Assembly (NCBI GenBank): GCA_012295275.1
Contig: CM022671.1
Coordinates: 16,244,001-16,308,000 of the forward strand
Length of the DNA stretch: 64,000 nucleotides
Source: Chrysomallon squamiferum
Lineage: Eukaryota; Animalia; Mollusca
Direction of reading: 5' to 3'
A program made the translations under genes and the position numbers. The notes below the pieces were generated by a model. The model made no database searches. It had not been told where the DNA came from and saw only the letters and a list, made by a program, of their open reading frames with translations. Positions 27,222 to 40,560 of this stretch are shown here, piece by piece; position 1 is the first letter of the stretch; every line of letters starts with the position of its first letter.

Positions 27222-27422
27222 TTAACCCTGCAAGTGTTATGGGCCAATTTGTTATCCAGCTAGATGCCACTAAATGATAGCATTAGATATAAAATTCTGC
27301 CACATGTAAAACTTATGATTTCACTAATTAATTCAGATAGAATGTTGGTAAAAACATGGATTTTTGCAAATGATCCATCTAAATATCTGAAAAATAAATG
27401 TCAGCGAAATTTCTAGAGTTAA
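27222..27422. mobile_element. MITE-like dispersed repeat, copy 2; TTAA-flanked (piggyBac-type non-autonomous element)
   Basis: Begins TTAA-CCCT and ends AGAG-TTAA (degenerate TIR; TTAA target duplication and CCC...GGG ends are the piggyBac signature). About 200 bp, non-coding, homologous to 24817-25011. Confidence 0.65.
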
Positions 27423-28988
27423 ATAAAAATGCACCTTCATAATTTTTCCAGTATGAACTGTATACTATTAACTCGTGGTGCCCTCTTTAAAAAACAATAT
27501 TTTCATGACTGCTATTGAAATACTATATTCAATAAAATAAAAATTTTATGAGAACAAACATATCAATAAACAACATTTTCATTAAATTCAAAATTTAAGA
27601 AAAACCCAATATATTCTTAGTTGTTACTGAAACACTCAAAAAAAAATTAATATTGCTGACATCAATGGCATCAATAAATAATACTGTTTTAAATTTGTTT
27701 TAAAAATCTTCCCAAGATTTGCACTTTAATAAAACTGTATTGTTATCTGATTGTAACCATAATATATGCATTAATAAAAAAATATCCCAAGGTTATTATT
27801 AAAAAACTATGAGAGAATATTTTTATTATTGTTATTAAGCCTTTCTTTGTACTGAACATATAATGAGGATGGAGATATCATCATAATTACTTTTAACAGA
27901 TGGCTGTAACAAACTGTATAATGATATTATCTACAGTAATGAACTGTTTTTCCATTACCTGTAACAGAATACAGTTGGTATATTCCATGACAATAAATAT
28001 TTTACATTCTTCATTTCATACAAACTGCAATTTCATAATGGCTCTGGATCATCACAAACAAAGCAATTCAATACCTTATTATATATTAATTTATTTTGAT
28101 GATTATTATTATTATTTTTTTTTTTTTTTTCCATCTATCATAATATCAAATTCCACTGATGTCATATATTATTCACCTCCAGTTTAATTTATTCTGTGCA
28201 TCTGTGATGTTGTCTGTCTGTCATCCAGACTATGCGTGGAAATACAACACTGAGAGATTAGATTCAGATTTTAAAGATAACAGTTTACCCACTCAGGTTA
28301 TCACAGTCAAGAGCTCAAAACTCTAAGTGACGTTTACGACCGTACTGTTATCAAAGCTTGGAGGGAATCAAGGTAAACTTTGGCAAACATTTATGGTGCA
28401 AAAAGATATAAAAGTGTCCAGAAGGCCAATACATTTCTATGTAGCTGATTGCACATCTGACAGTTATTCTTACTATATTATATTTAATTTATATTTAATC
28501 TGGATTAGTCTTTATTAATCTTAAGAATAAACACAGGAATCGAGGTGTAAAACTGTTTATAGGTGCCAGTGATGATACTACAGGAAATTAACTGACAATA
28601 CAACTATGGTTATCAATAATATGTCAGTGATTTATTACTAATAAAAAATACAGAATGTATATCTGATCTTATTTTAGATAAAAAAAAACTATTCAGCATT
28701 AATTTAAATTTATTTTTTCATTTATCCTAAAGAATATCTTGTACTAATTTTTAGTGACACAAGTTGTATGGGTTTTCATTTATTCTGACATAAATGACAA
28801 AATGAATTGAATAAAGAAATAAAGTATTTAACAAACATGCCAAAGATATATTCTTTCTTATCTCATGGATTTCTATATGCATGTTTTATTGCAACAATTT
28901 GCTTTTAATTGGACAGTTGCTATAGCAGGAATAAAACAGACTAGAATAATACGTTCTTCCTTCAGCAATAACATATACTGAACATGGT

Positions 28989-29072
28989 AATTGGACAAAA
29001 CCCTACTCTTCAAATAACCAGTTTGGACAAAACCTTACTGATTAAACAATGAGCTTGGACATAACCCCACTT
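28989..29072. repeat. Short ~32-bp tandem repeat, 3 copies
   Basis: TTGGACA(A/T)AACC core occurs three times. Confidence 0.7.
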
Positions 29073-29984
29073 CACACATATTAAGTATTTCTCAGATCCA
29101 TATACTGCTCTTTCCTACTTTCTACTTGCTTGCTTATTTATTTACTTATTTATTTATTTACATGAATTTTTGTTTTCTTCTTTATAAAAAAAAACTAATT
29201 TCATTTTGAAAATGACAACCACCCACCAAGACTGCATCTAACCCCCTATTCTGAAATTCTAAATCCTACCATGCTGAGGATTGACTGAAAATTAATATCA
29301 GTAATGTAAAATACTTAACCTTTAATTAGTACCACAGGCAAAGGCAGTTGCTGGAGTCTGCTATGCTCTGGGACAATTTGCACAAGCAAAATAATTATTG
29401 AATTTCTAAAATTCTACATTTAATTACTGAATGTAAATTTCAGTCTTTATCGCTTAAAGAGAAAAATGATCAAAAACAAGAAAAAAAAGACGACTGAAAG
29501 CACAAAATTCCAAACGAACAGAATTAATTAGAAGGAATAAAACAATTAGAATGTATTCAAAACACATCTGTGAAACAAAGCAGCTGCTGCAGCTGCTGCT
29601 GCTGATGATGCTGTTGAAACTATTTCACATTCTAAATTTCAGAGTTTCTAAAGAAACATTCCACACATGACCAAGACGAAGATGAGAAAATGGAGGAGGA
29701 ATTATCTTCTTCTTTTTTTTCACTGCACCAGTCAATAAAATGGTTTGAGCTGAGATGAGAATCCCTCCAAGAGATGAAACTAAGCAAGTCTGTCATCTGT
29801 CAAGTGACTGTGTAACATCAGTTACTTCATTACAGCTTTGTCTGAGAGGTTAGCATCCCACAGGATATTGGACAATCCTTCACATGACTTAATGTTATTG
29901 AGATGAAATTCTCTCCCACATTTCAGTGACCAGTTCTTACAGACTGCCATGGTTATTTATGATCTCCCTGACTTAAACGCAGAA

Positions 29985-30370
29985 AAACACATACCATGAC
30001 ATTTTGTAGATTATTCTCAGTAGCAAGGGATTCTATCCATTCATGTTGTTACAGCTAGAAAAGTATGTGGAAGTTAGCATGCCTTCTTACTTTACAGTTC
30101 AGCGTAGAGGAAAGCACATATCAAAAGATTTTATAGATTATTCTTACAGAGTATTAAGGAATTCTACCCATTCACTTTGTTATAGTTAGGAAGGATATGG
30201 AATTGAGCAAAAATTGTTATTATTTAAGTATACAGGGAAGTACATACAACAACATTTTATAGAGTATTATACAGTTGTAAGGGATTCTGCTCATTCATAA
30301 ATGGGAAGTACACTGAAGTCAGTAAGATAACTGATATTATGATTCAGTACACAGGAAAGTACATTCCATA
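29985..30370. repeat. Degenerate ~125-bp tandem repeat, about 3 copies
   Basis: ACATA...ATTTT(G/A)TAGA.TATT...AAGG(G/A)ATTCT...CATTCA recurs three times at ~125-bp spacing. Confidence 0.85.
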
Positions 30371-31419
30371 GATGTTGATATATAAATCATTCAACAAGGT
30401 TTGGCATAAGAAAAAGATCAACAGGTCAAACAAAACATTCAGAATGAACCATTAATTCATCACAATTATTCCCTTCTTATGGTTTAATGCAATTATATTA
30501 AAATGATTCACACCAGTAAAAGAAAAATTACCAGTTTTCAAATTATTAAAACAAAATTAATATAATACAAATTTTAAAATGAAAAGTCAAATAATTCAAA
30601 GTTTTCTAAAAACCAAATATCCGAATAATTGTACACAACATTATGCAGTTAATCCTAAATTTAGATGATTTTTTTTTCACCCCAGCAAATATAGAGTTAT
30701 GTCATTTGTTACAAAACAAGCTATTACAAAAATGTAAAATGCTCAGTGACAGCTGGTATTACAAAATTCAGATGATACTTCCCATGATGCTGCTGGTAAC
30801 TGGTTGACTTGTCAGGGAGTAGCTGTAGAGGTGTGACATTACTGGCACGGCCCTGGGGACTCATTACAATTATAATTACAATCTTTGATCTCAATACAAT
30901 AATCTGCACTTTAATAATTAACACCTTTCTTACAGCCTCCAGCACATGTGAGTAATTCACCTTTCTTCTGAGTGACATGTCCTTCCAGCCAATCACTGCA
31001 GACGTTTTCTGTGTATTACCCACCGACTGTCAAATACATATGCACAGACACCTTTGTCTAATTATAGAGACAATTGTTTACAACATAAACAAAACAGAGG
31101 TTAAACAGAACAGTTACATAAAAAACAGTGTATACAAACAACTGAATTTGTTACTAATACATGATGTACTTTGTCTTCACCTATTAGTACCCCATTCAAA
31201 GTATGTTGTCTATTTTCAGTAATAATTGGTCTCAGTAATACCAAGCTTAATAAATATGGAGTATACCAAATTCTATGTTTCAGAATGTTTTCTTTATTTA
31301 AGTAAATAACTCAATCCACTGTTTCTATTTCCAAATAATTTGTAACAGACACTACAGATTTGTTCAATGAACCAAATAATATATATTCTAATATATGGAT
31401 CATTGTGATAACTGTTTTA

Positions 31420-31500
31420 CCAGCAAACTGGTTAAGTCTTTGGCCTTAAAAGTGTTAGATGCTGGGATCAGATTCTATCAATGGCTTGAATACAGATCTA
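31420..31500 (+). mobile_element. Possible highly decayed tRNA-like SINE head
   Basis: A-box-like AGCAAACTGGTTAAG (31422-31436) and B-box-like GGGATCAGATTC (~31464-31475) at tRNA-like spacing; very degenerate. Confidence 0.25.
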
Positions 31501-32890
31501 TCTGTGAAAGTACAAGAACACTAGAACATTTTTATTTTTAAATTTCTACAGTAAAAAATTACAGAATATATTAATATCTTGAACGAATTCCTCACAGAAA
31601 TACTTGAACCCCTGTTGCTCACTTTTAAAAACATCTCTTTCAAGAAATCAAAAGAAAAAGTAACCTGAAGATAGGACAGTGATACTTGTACCAACAGAGT
31701 GCATTAAGTACAGCATGGCAGAGGGTGCAACTGAAGAATTCAGTACAGATTGAGAAACATTTTACTTAAATTTATCAAGTCATTCACCATCATGGCTTTT
31801 ATTGAGTTAGTTTGGTAGCAGTATTCTATTATTATTATTTAAAAAAAAAAAAATTATTTAATTTTTCTAATTTTAGTACTGTTACATTGTTTTGTTTTGT
31901 GTTGTGGGTTTTTTCTCCCACTTGGTTATACAAACAAAATAATAATTTAATAACTGAATATGGGTGGAAAAACAATATTAATTTAGGTTTTTTATATCTT
32001 CTTAAACATTGTTAGTTTTTAAAACTGATGAAACAATAAAATTTCATCATTCCTGATAGCATGATTGACTTTGTAACATTTTAAAAAGCTGTTTATTGCG
32101 CTTGTTCTATTGCAGATGATTCATCTAACACACTTATGTATTATATACTCAGTATTTAATTTTTAGAATGTCAAAAATCTGCAAATTTCAAAAAACAGGA
32201 AAAATAAATCACTTGAAAATAACAGGAAATAGGAGAGCCAGCTGACAAAGTATGTAAATTTTCATTCTGCTTCAAATATTCTTGCTAGACTGGTTTCATA
32301 ACAAATGCAGTATACAATTTATATCTATGAAACATGTTTCACAATACAGCATGTACATTAAAACCATAAACTGCTAACAAAAATATTCTGGAATAAAATT
32401 AATTTTACCTTCAACACACAAATTACATTGGATCTCGAGGAACATGAATGGAAATGATCAATGCCAGGCACAATCTGATATATGTACAACCAGGCAGCTG
32501 TTTTTTGAACAACTAACAAATTTCACTGATGGGGGATCACTGACAGTTTGCACAGTCCATTCCCTGACCCAGGGCCCAACAGTGATAATTACAGGCTAGT
32601 AGTAGTCTATACCAATGACTTATTATTCGAGCTAATTCCTTTTGAAGTTGTCCATGGTCCTTTTAATCCAGATAGAGCTGCTTTGTGGATTCCCTACTGG
32701 GCTGACATTTCCCCCATCATTGGATATTGGTGATTATACAATTGATCCATAGAGAAAGCAAACACTGTCCAAATGCTGATGTGGCCTGCACTGGGTCTGA
32801 AGAAAATGACAACAAAAGATAACAGAGAAATCCATGGTTAAGGAATGTGAAACTTCTCATGGTTAATTTGGTGTAATTGTGTATTATTAC

Positions 32891-32912
32891 CTTTCCAATA
32901 CGATAATTAAAT
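32891..32912 (-). other. Candidate 22-nt micro-exon
   Basis: Minus strand ttttatttcttctttcag|ATTTAATTATCGTATTGGAAAG|gtaata: strong acceptor, moderate donor; open as FNYRIGK or LIIVLE. Confidence 0.35.
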
Positions 32913-35900
32913 CTGAAAGAAGAAATAAAATTATTTCTCTTGTGGAACACCATAAACCTACATTTAGTGAATTGAAGCTTATTATGACAATCCTTAGACT
33001 TTAGAGATTTGTTTAAACATGCCTGTTGTTGACAACACTACTAAAGTAGTTCCTAAAACAGGGTAAAAATTTAAAAAAAAATAAAATAATAATAATAATA
33101 ATAAAAAATAAAAATAAAAATAAAAACAAAGATATGTATATATTTGAACATTGAAAACAATGTTTTTTTTTTTTTTTTTTTTTTTAAAAAATTAAACATT
33201 AAAAACATTTTAGAACTTCATATACCATAGAAAACATTTTAGAACCTAATTTAACATAAAAAATGTTGTTTTTTTAAATGTCATCAGAGTCACTGTGTTA
33301 GATGATAAGTGTGTAAATAACAGTATAAAAAAAAAAAAAAGTCCACACTGAAAACAGAAAGTAAAGAAAAACATCATTAAGGAAATGTCTGTGAAGAGAT
33401 TGTGAACACTGTTAAATCAGTGTAAAAATAACATTATAAAATAAAGTCCTCGCAGGATCAGCATTACATCCACACAGCCTGTCATTAACCAGGTATCATG
33501 GTGTGAGTAACAGCAGTTTAGCTGATTAGCCACAGTCTAATGTCAGAGATAAACAAACAATCAAAGGTTTTCAGTTAAGTCTCTGGAATCATCAGCATGT
33601 ATTATTTCCTAGACACAAAACATTTATCTTTTAAATATCTCTGTTACAGAAGTATCGCGGATGACTGGACACAGTAGGAAGGTATTTCTGGCAGATCAGT
33701 GGACTAAGTGAAAACTTGTTGTGTAACATCTTTTAGAGGGATATTTGTAAAGACTGTGTTAATTACGGTATTTATATCACTAGTTGCATACTACTCGTAT
33801 TCCCCACCCTGCAGTGATCAAATCTTTTATGTATCAGTACATGCGAGTGTGGCCTGTATCAATCAAAAGAAATGTAGAACCAACAATTGAAAAAAAAGTA
33901 GACCTGGCAGAAATCAATTTGGTCCTGAAGGAAAAATTATTTTTATTTTTTATTTTAATTTATTTTATCATCTTTCATTCAGTTTTTTTTTTTTTTTTTT
34001 TATTTGTAGCAAAACTAACAATGTTAATGGGAGAAAAAAAAAAACTATAGCCACAAACAAAAATCAATATCTGATTTCAACTACAAGTCAGATTTCTTAG
34101 TAATATGAATTTAATAAAAAAAAAAAAAAAAAAAACGTATGTTGGAAAAATTAGATTTTTCAGCAATAACATGCTATTGAAAAAGGATCAGACTTAAAAA
34201 TCAAATTTATTTTAAATACTTTTTATAAAAAAAAAAAAAAAAAAAAAAAGTTGAACTGAAAAAGAAAGAAAGAAGGAAAGAAGAAAACTGAAGAGAAAAG
34301 GAAAGGAGAAAAAAAACAAAAAAAAAACAAGAGCATTAATAAACTAAAAAAAAACAAATTGTCATGTTATCTTTATTAAAATGTAATGTTTCTAAGACAC
34401 ACCCTTCATTTCACTCTTTAATGGCCACTAAATCACATCTCCAGTCTGACAATATCAAATTTTGTTGCTTATGGGGAAAAGAAACAACAACTGTAACATA
34501 AATAAAATGTATTAAAAAAAAAACCCAGGTTTAATAGAGCAGAGAAGGTAATTATTTGAAATGTCTCTGTTTTAAACACAAACAACATAAAAACTCTATT
34601 TTGTTGTATTGTGCAATAAAATCTTTCTCTTATCAGATTCATTAAGTGCTGGTATCTTCAACACTTTTTAACCACTTCAATTATCTTGTCCCGTTTGCTT
34701 TTAACCTACACTAAAACCTGTGCCACACATGAGGGAGGCATTATTTCCCTGCAATAAACCGTTCTTAGCATTTGCACATCAGAAGTATCCAGGAGTTGTG
34801 CTTCTACGAACCATATGGCCAAGTGTATGCGATATGAAGAACTTGAAACATTTATCTAAAGTTCATGTTTGGGAACTCCAACCTCAAGTAAACATTTGCT
34901 GCCATCTTCAAAGGTGTGATTACACTAGCAAAACAAATGTGTATCCCTGTTGGGTGTTTGGTAGATCTCTACATGCTCAGAACCTAATTAAAAACAAAAC
35001 ATAACGATTCTGGATGCAACCTGCTGTTCTCAGATACTTAATATATAGTCAACTTACAGTACTGTGGTCATAAAGTCATACCACTCAAAATAGGACAGTA
35101 TAGAACCTGAGTATGTAGCATTTTCCAGTTTGTTTCATTGAAATATACAGCATATACGTTAATACACACACATATATGTTCTGAAATGTAAACAAAATGG
35201 CACGTAGGTGGTTAAATTAATCTATGCACACATATCTAAATACTGCCTTAAACTGCACTCATATGACAGCCAAACAGATATAATAATCAGGATAATATGA
35301 CAGTCAAATTAAAATCTGATTATATCGATACACGGATGAGTTAAGGATCACAAATAAACAATAATAAGAAGAAAAAGAAGTAAAAGAAAGAAAGAACAAT
35401 TGTAGACCTTTTCAACAATTAACCTTTTTAAATATTTCCAGTGCATTTATTAAAAAAAAAACTTATCCAAAAACCAAAACAAACAAAAACATTACCACAG
35501 TTATACAGTAACAGTGTCCAGAGAGAATTCAGACTAATAAAGATGACATATCATTTACGAAGAATCTGATTTAAAAATAAAGTGCACTACATTATTTATT
35601 TGTTACTGATATACACCTGTATGCATTGCTCTGCTTTAGATTAAAACATACACAAAACATAGCTGATATAACACAATATATTCATTTATTCGATAAACTC
35701 CGGATTTTATTATTAAATTAACTATGTCAGTTTAACATCCCAAAATAAAATAATGGAACTCTCCTTTTGCAACACACAGAGCTGTGTTCACAGAAAACAA
35801 GCCTGGGGCACTTACATAATAAACTGTAATTTAGCTACAGTTTAAGGTCACAGCTCATACAATTATGTGCAAGTTAACATCAGTTTTTTAAGCCAGACCG

Positions 35901-36726
35901 AATCACATAAACTGGCAATGTTGTTTGTCACAATTGAGAAGCATCAATTTCCTTACATTTCCTTCTTGCAGAAACAGATCACATTATGCAATGAATGCAA
36001 TATTTCACTGTCAGACATCAAGTCACATTATATTTCCTTGCTGCATTGTTCCGTTGAATTTTCAGGCCATTACGGTGTTCAAAGAGGTCCCAGGAATTTA
36101 AAAAATTGTAATTTAAGGAGACCATACTACCCCCAGGGTCCCATAGAAGGACCATTAGTGATTAGCCTTACATCATTGCTGACATTCAGTCATTATGTGT
36201 GGACCTCCCGTGCACATTACAGCAATTAGTCATCAAATTTGACACATAATTTAGGTCATGTTCTTTAGACCTGTCATTTCAGATTCAGATTAGATGGAGA
36301 TTTTAGAAAGATTTTCAACTATTCATATTCCTCAGAGTTTTTAACAGTCTGTGGTTAAACAAAGCAAAGGAATGTCTTCAGACCTGGTCAACAACATTAT
36401 CTGAAGACAAAAAAAAGATTCACATAATTTAATTATAAGTAATTTAAATTTTGTGTCAGGTCAATTTAATTATCTTTTTTTTTTCTTCTTCTATCCACTG
36501 CACAATTATTCTCTCAGAGCAAATTGTGAAATGGTAATTTAACAAAGGCAGATGATGTGTTAGTGAATGAGGAAATCCATGTTTATATTGAAGTATAGTG
36601 GTATACTTTATTGACTTAACTAGATATTTTGCTCTAGGATAAAGATATTTATATATGTACTGACACAGAAAACAAATTCATTTTTAAAAATAATACTTCA
36701 GAAAATAAGTTTCTAATGGGTAATGA

Positions 36727-36761
<35 letters not shown>

Positions 36762-38009
36762 AAAGTACCATGCATTTTTAACAAAATATATTTATATCAC
36801 TTTACTTTAAGAAATAATTCCTCCAACAATTTATATTTTATTTGTTTTAAAGAAAGCATATGTGTTTGTATGTGCATGTGCACATACATGTCTGGTTTTC
36901 ACATACAGATAAAAATATGCTGTAAGCTGACACATTCAATAACACACGATGAAACAAAGACAATTTGTTGTTTTTTTAAACCACATCTATGTGATACACA
37001 TGCAACTCTCTGACCCTAAACAATGCTTTCACTGAAAAAAAAAAAAAAAAAAGGCTCAACATGTGTTCCATGCCATTGAAAAAGCCATATACCATGATTT
37101 GTGTGCTGTCCCTGACAATTAACCACACCCCAGTCGACTCACTGCTCTCATCTTTCAAAACTGTCAAAAGTAAATTGAGAAATTTCCCTCTTATTTGCAA
37201 ACAGCGGTCAGAAAAACAAACATGGTCACTCAGATCAAAAGAACAGTAACGTATCACTGTGAACCGTATCGTGATATCTCTCCTGGGGGGACGGAGAGCA
37301 GTCAGATCCTGTTAGATACATGCAGACTGTGGCCAGTGCCTGTGACATTAAGACAACAGCAACATCACTTTCAATATGCAACCAAAATAACTTCCTAATT
37401 TATCAACAACATGGGCTGATTAACTACCATATAAAGTAACAGGATACTGTAAACAAAACAGGGTCAGTTTACAAAACAAACTGCTCTGCAGGCTGGCTGG
37501 AAGGAAGGAGAGCTTTGATTGTGTTTGAAAATTAAACATTATTCTTTAGAAATACAAACACAAATCTCTTTATTTTCAAATATTCTTTGTTTTAATTTAT
37601 CAATAATGTTATTTTTAAAGTTTTGGTTCTTTGTTTTAAATGGTTAATTGAAAATGTAATCTGTGATGTTGGTTAGAAATGTTTTAAATTGTGTTAATGG
37701 AGTCAGCATGATGGTTTACCTGTTCATTTCTGCTACAGGTGTACTGTGGTGTGAAACTGTTTCACGTTATGCTATTTAAAAACAAAAGTAAACAGTTCTG
37801 TCTTGGATTAATAGTATATCCTTAATATCCGTAATTTAATCTCATTTATATAACAACTAGATCAGACTTTAAAGAAAAGGTAAAGAAACCAATTTGTTTT
37901 TTTCATTTCTTTTTTGTACCTTTCTATTTCTTCTGCTCAGTAAATTAGATCATTAATTTAGTCTTTTTTACAAATGTCTTTTTTTCTCCTTATTTTCTTT
38001 AAATTCACC

Positions 38010-38330
38010 AGTTAAATTTACCAGTTATTAATTAGCCTGTTTGATGCTGCATATGTAAATAAGCCAACTGAATGATGTACACCTGTGTTAGCCTGTTAAA
38101 GATGCACAGTTACATTAGCCAGTTAAATGATGCACAGTTAAATCAGTCAGTTAATCGTGTAGGTACTAGTCTGATAAATGTTGAACGTTTAAACAGGCCA
38201 GCTGATTTTTGCACAGTTAAAGCAGATAGTTAAAGGCTGCACACTTTAAATTAGCCAGTTTTAATGCTGCACACTTTAATTAGTGGGTAAAACGCTGCCT
38301 GGTTATCCAGTTAGATGTTGCACATTCAAA
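38010..38330. repeat. Degenerate ~29-bp minisatellite
   Basis: Recurring TGATGCACAGTTAAATTAGCCAGTTAAA-like unit, roughly 10 copies. Confidence 0.8.
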
Positions 38331-39616
38331 GCAGTGACACAGGGTGACTGATTTATAGACAACAGTGTCAGACATACAGCAACAAACAAACAGGGTTCCA
38401 GGAGTATGGTATTTTCAAATAACCATAAAGATCTGGTTTCCTTTGCTTGCACATCAGTGTTTCATCAACACAGCTGTTTCTACTCACATTTTCAACATCA
38501 CCAGCAGTAATTAATTTCTTTAATTTTTGCACTGCCTGTTCTGTTAAACATGCAAGGGAACTGGTTAGTCGATGTGGGGTTCTGACTGTTCCTATAACCA
38601 GATATTTTACATTTAAAAAACGGGTCTTTAAACCTATCAAATTTGAACAATTTTTTCTACAAGTTTCTTCCCTTTTTTGTCATTTGGTCATCAAAGGCCT
38701 TGTTGTGACCTTTCCAGTCTGTTAAAGTGTAATTGCTTGTAAAATTACTGCTGATAAAAACAATGCATTTCTATCCTTATTATAGATGAAATATGTGAAT
38801 GACACCTGAAAACTTAAAAGATGTATAAAATGTTGATAATAATAATAATGTGTTATAATTTTTCTGGCTTTCAGGCTCCTATAAAAAAAAATAAAAAAAA
38901 AAATTAAAAAAAAAAATAAATTATCAATAATGAAAATAAATAAAGAAAGAAACAGAAAGAAAAAAAATAAAAAGTAATAAAAATAATAAAAATAAAATAA
39001 ACAACCTAAATAATGGAAAACATTTTTTTAAAAGTTCATTTGCACGAAAACTGGCAAATACAATTTTTATCGTTTTATATATTTCAAATGATTAAAATTT
39101 AATTAAAGACTGCATTTCTTGCGAAGGTGCCATAAATCACTCCTGGCACAAAGAACCAATTTGAGATCTTATGTAACAGGTCTGCCTGCTCCAGATTCCA
39201 AGATTCTCATCCAGGTTATCATTAAGAAATATCTGGAGTAGCCACACTTATCAACACTTGGAGATAATTTCTCCACTGGCTCGTGACCCTCAAGATAACA
39301 GAGGCATGAAGGTAATGACAATTTTTCTAAATATTTTAATAAATTTTCTTTCTGTGGGTGTGAAAGTTTCAAAATGTGTTGCCCAATCTCAGAAGATCAG
39401 ACTGGCCTGACATGTGTCTGCTGATTGGAATCATCCTGCCTGTCTCCTTCAATCACTCTTGTACTGACCATTGTCCACTACGCACTGGTCATTAATTACC
39501 CCAGATCTGATCGCTGGTGTAGAATTTAATTTGTAATGATGGTTATTTTTATGAAATATAAATTTATCTTATAAAAGAAATGCTATTTGTTTAAGTTTGC
39601 TTATTTCTTTTATTTT

Positions 39617-39619
<3 letters not shown>

Positions 39620-39682
<63 letters not shown>
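39620..39682. repeat. Compound (CT)n(CA)n microsatellite
   Basis: Seen directly. Confidence 0.98.
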
Positions 39683-39951
39683 GTAACATGACATGGTGTA
39701 AATAGTTTTACAGCTAAGAACAATACTGGCAGTGTGACATAAACAGATGGCTAATTGCAAACACAGAACACTCAGACAATATTGGAAGCCATGCATTACA
39801 TCAGGGTAATGTGAAGAGTAAAAACAGTTACCTTGAAAATAAACATTTCTCCTAAACAACAGGCTTTGTTTAATAGCTATGTTGGATAACAGAAACCAGA
39901 TGTGTTTGCTATAGTTAGGGCAATTAAGAAAATATCAAGACAAATGTGAGT

Positions 39952-39955
<4 letters not shown>

Positions 39956-39982
<27 letters not shown>
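39956..39982. repeat. (TG)n microsatellite
   Basis: Seen directly. Confidence 0.97.
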
Positions 39983-39985
<3 letters not shown>

Positions 39986-40269
39986 TTTGAATTAAATTTA
40001 AACAACAAAGGATAATATAAAAATGAATACCAGAACTGAGGTAACAGAAGTATGTGACAGAAATTGATTATAATTATTATAGTTTTTCGTGTTTGCTAAT
40101 ATGCTAAGTATTCTAAACCTGAATAATCCTATATAAAATGATACAGACTGTGCTTCAATGATGATGATACAAAGTGAATTTAAATATACTCAGACATCTA
40201 TGAAAATCATTGTGTAACTAAATTCTTATGTAAAACTATGTTACGCACCTCCAAATATACACAAAACAA

Positions 40270-40560
40270 CCCCAAAAATCTATATTTCATCTGTTAATCA
40301 ACAATATGTCTTACAAAGTAATTGTGTTACACATATTCGCTGTCATTCACGGATATGTTCTACACAGATAGACATATTCATCTGGCAATGAACAGTGTAT
40401 TTTACAAAATAACAAAGTAATACATTATGTTCAGCTGTCAGTCAAGGATGTGTTACAAAGGAACAATGTTACCTATATTCAGCTGGCAATTACCAGTATG
40501 TTTTACAAAGTGTTACATATATTCAGCTGGCAACCAACAATATGTTTTACAAAGTAACAC
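40270..40560. repeat. Degenerate tandem repeat (~45-60 bp unit)
   Basis: ATATTCAGCTG(G/T)CA...ATGT(G/T)TTACAAAG recurs 5-6 times. Confidence 0.8.

Noticed and set aside
32891-32912. FNYRIGK|K join looks like an amidated neuropeptide with a GKK cleavage site
   Set aside because: Single copy, does not fit the FxRIamide consensus, no signal peptide, and depends on an unverified splice.
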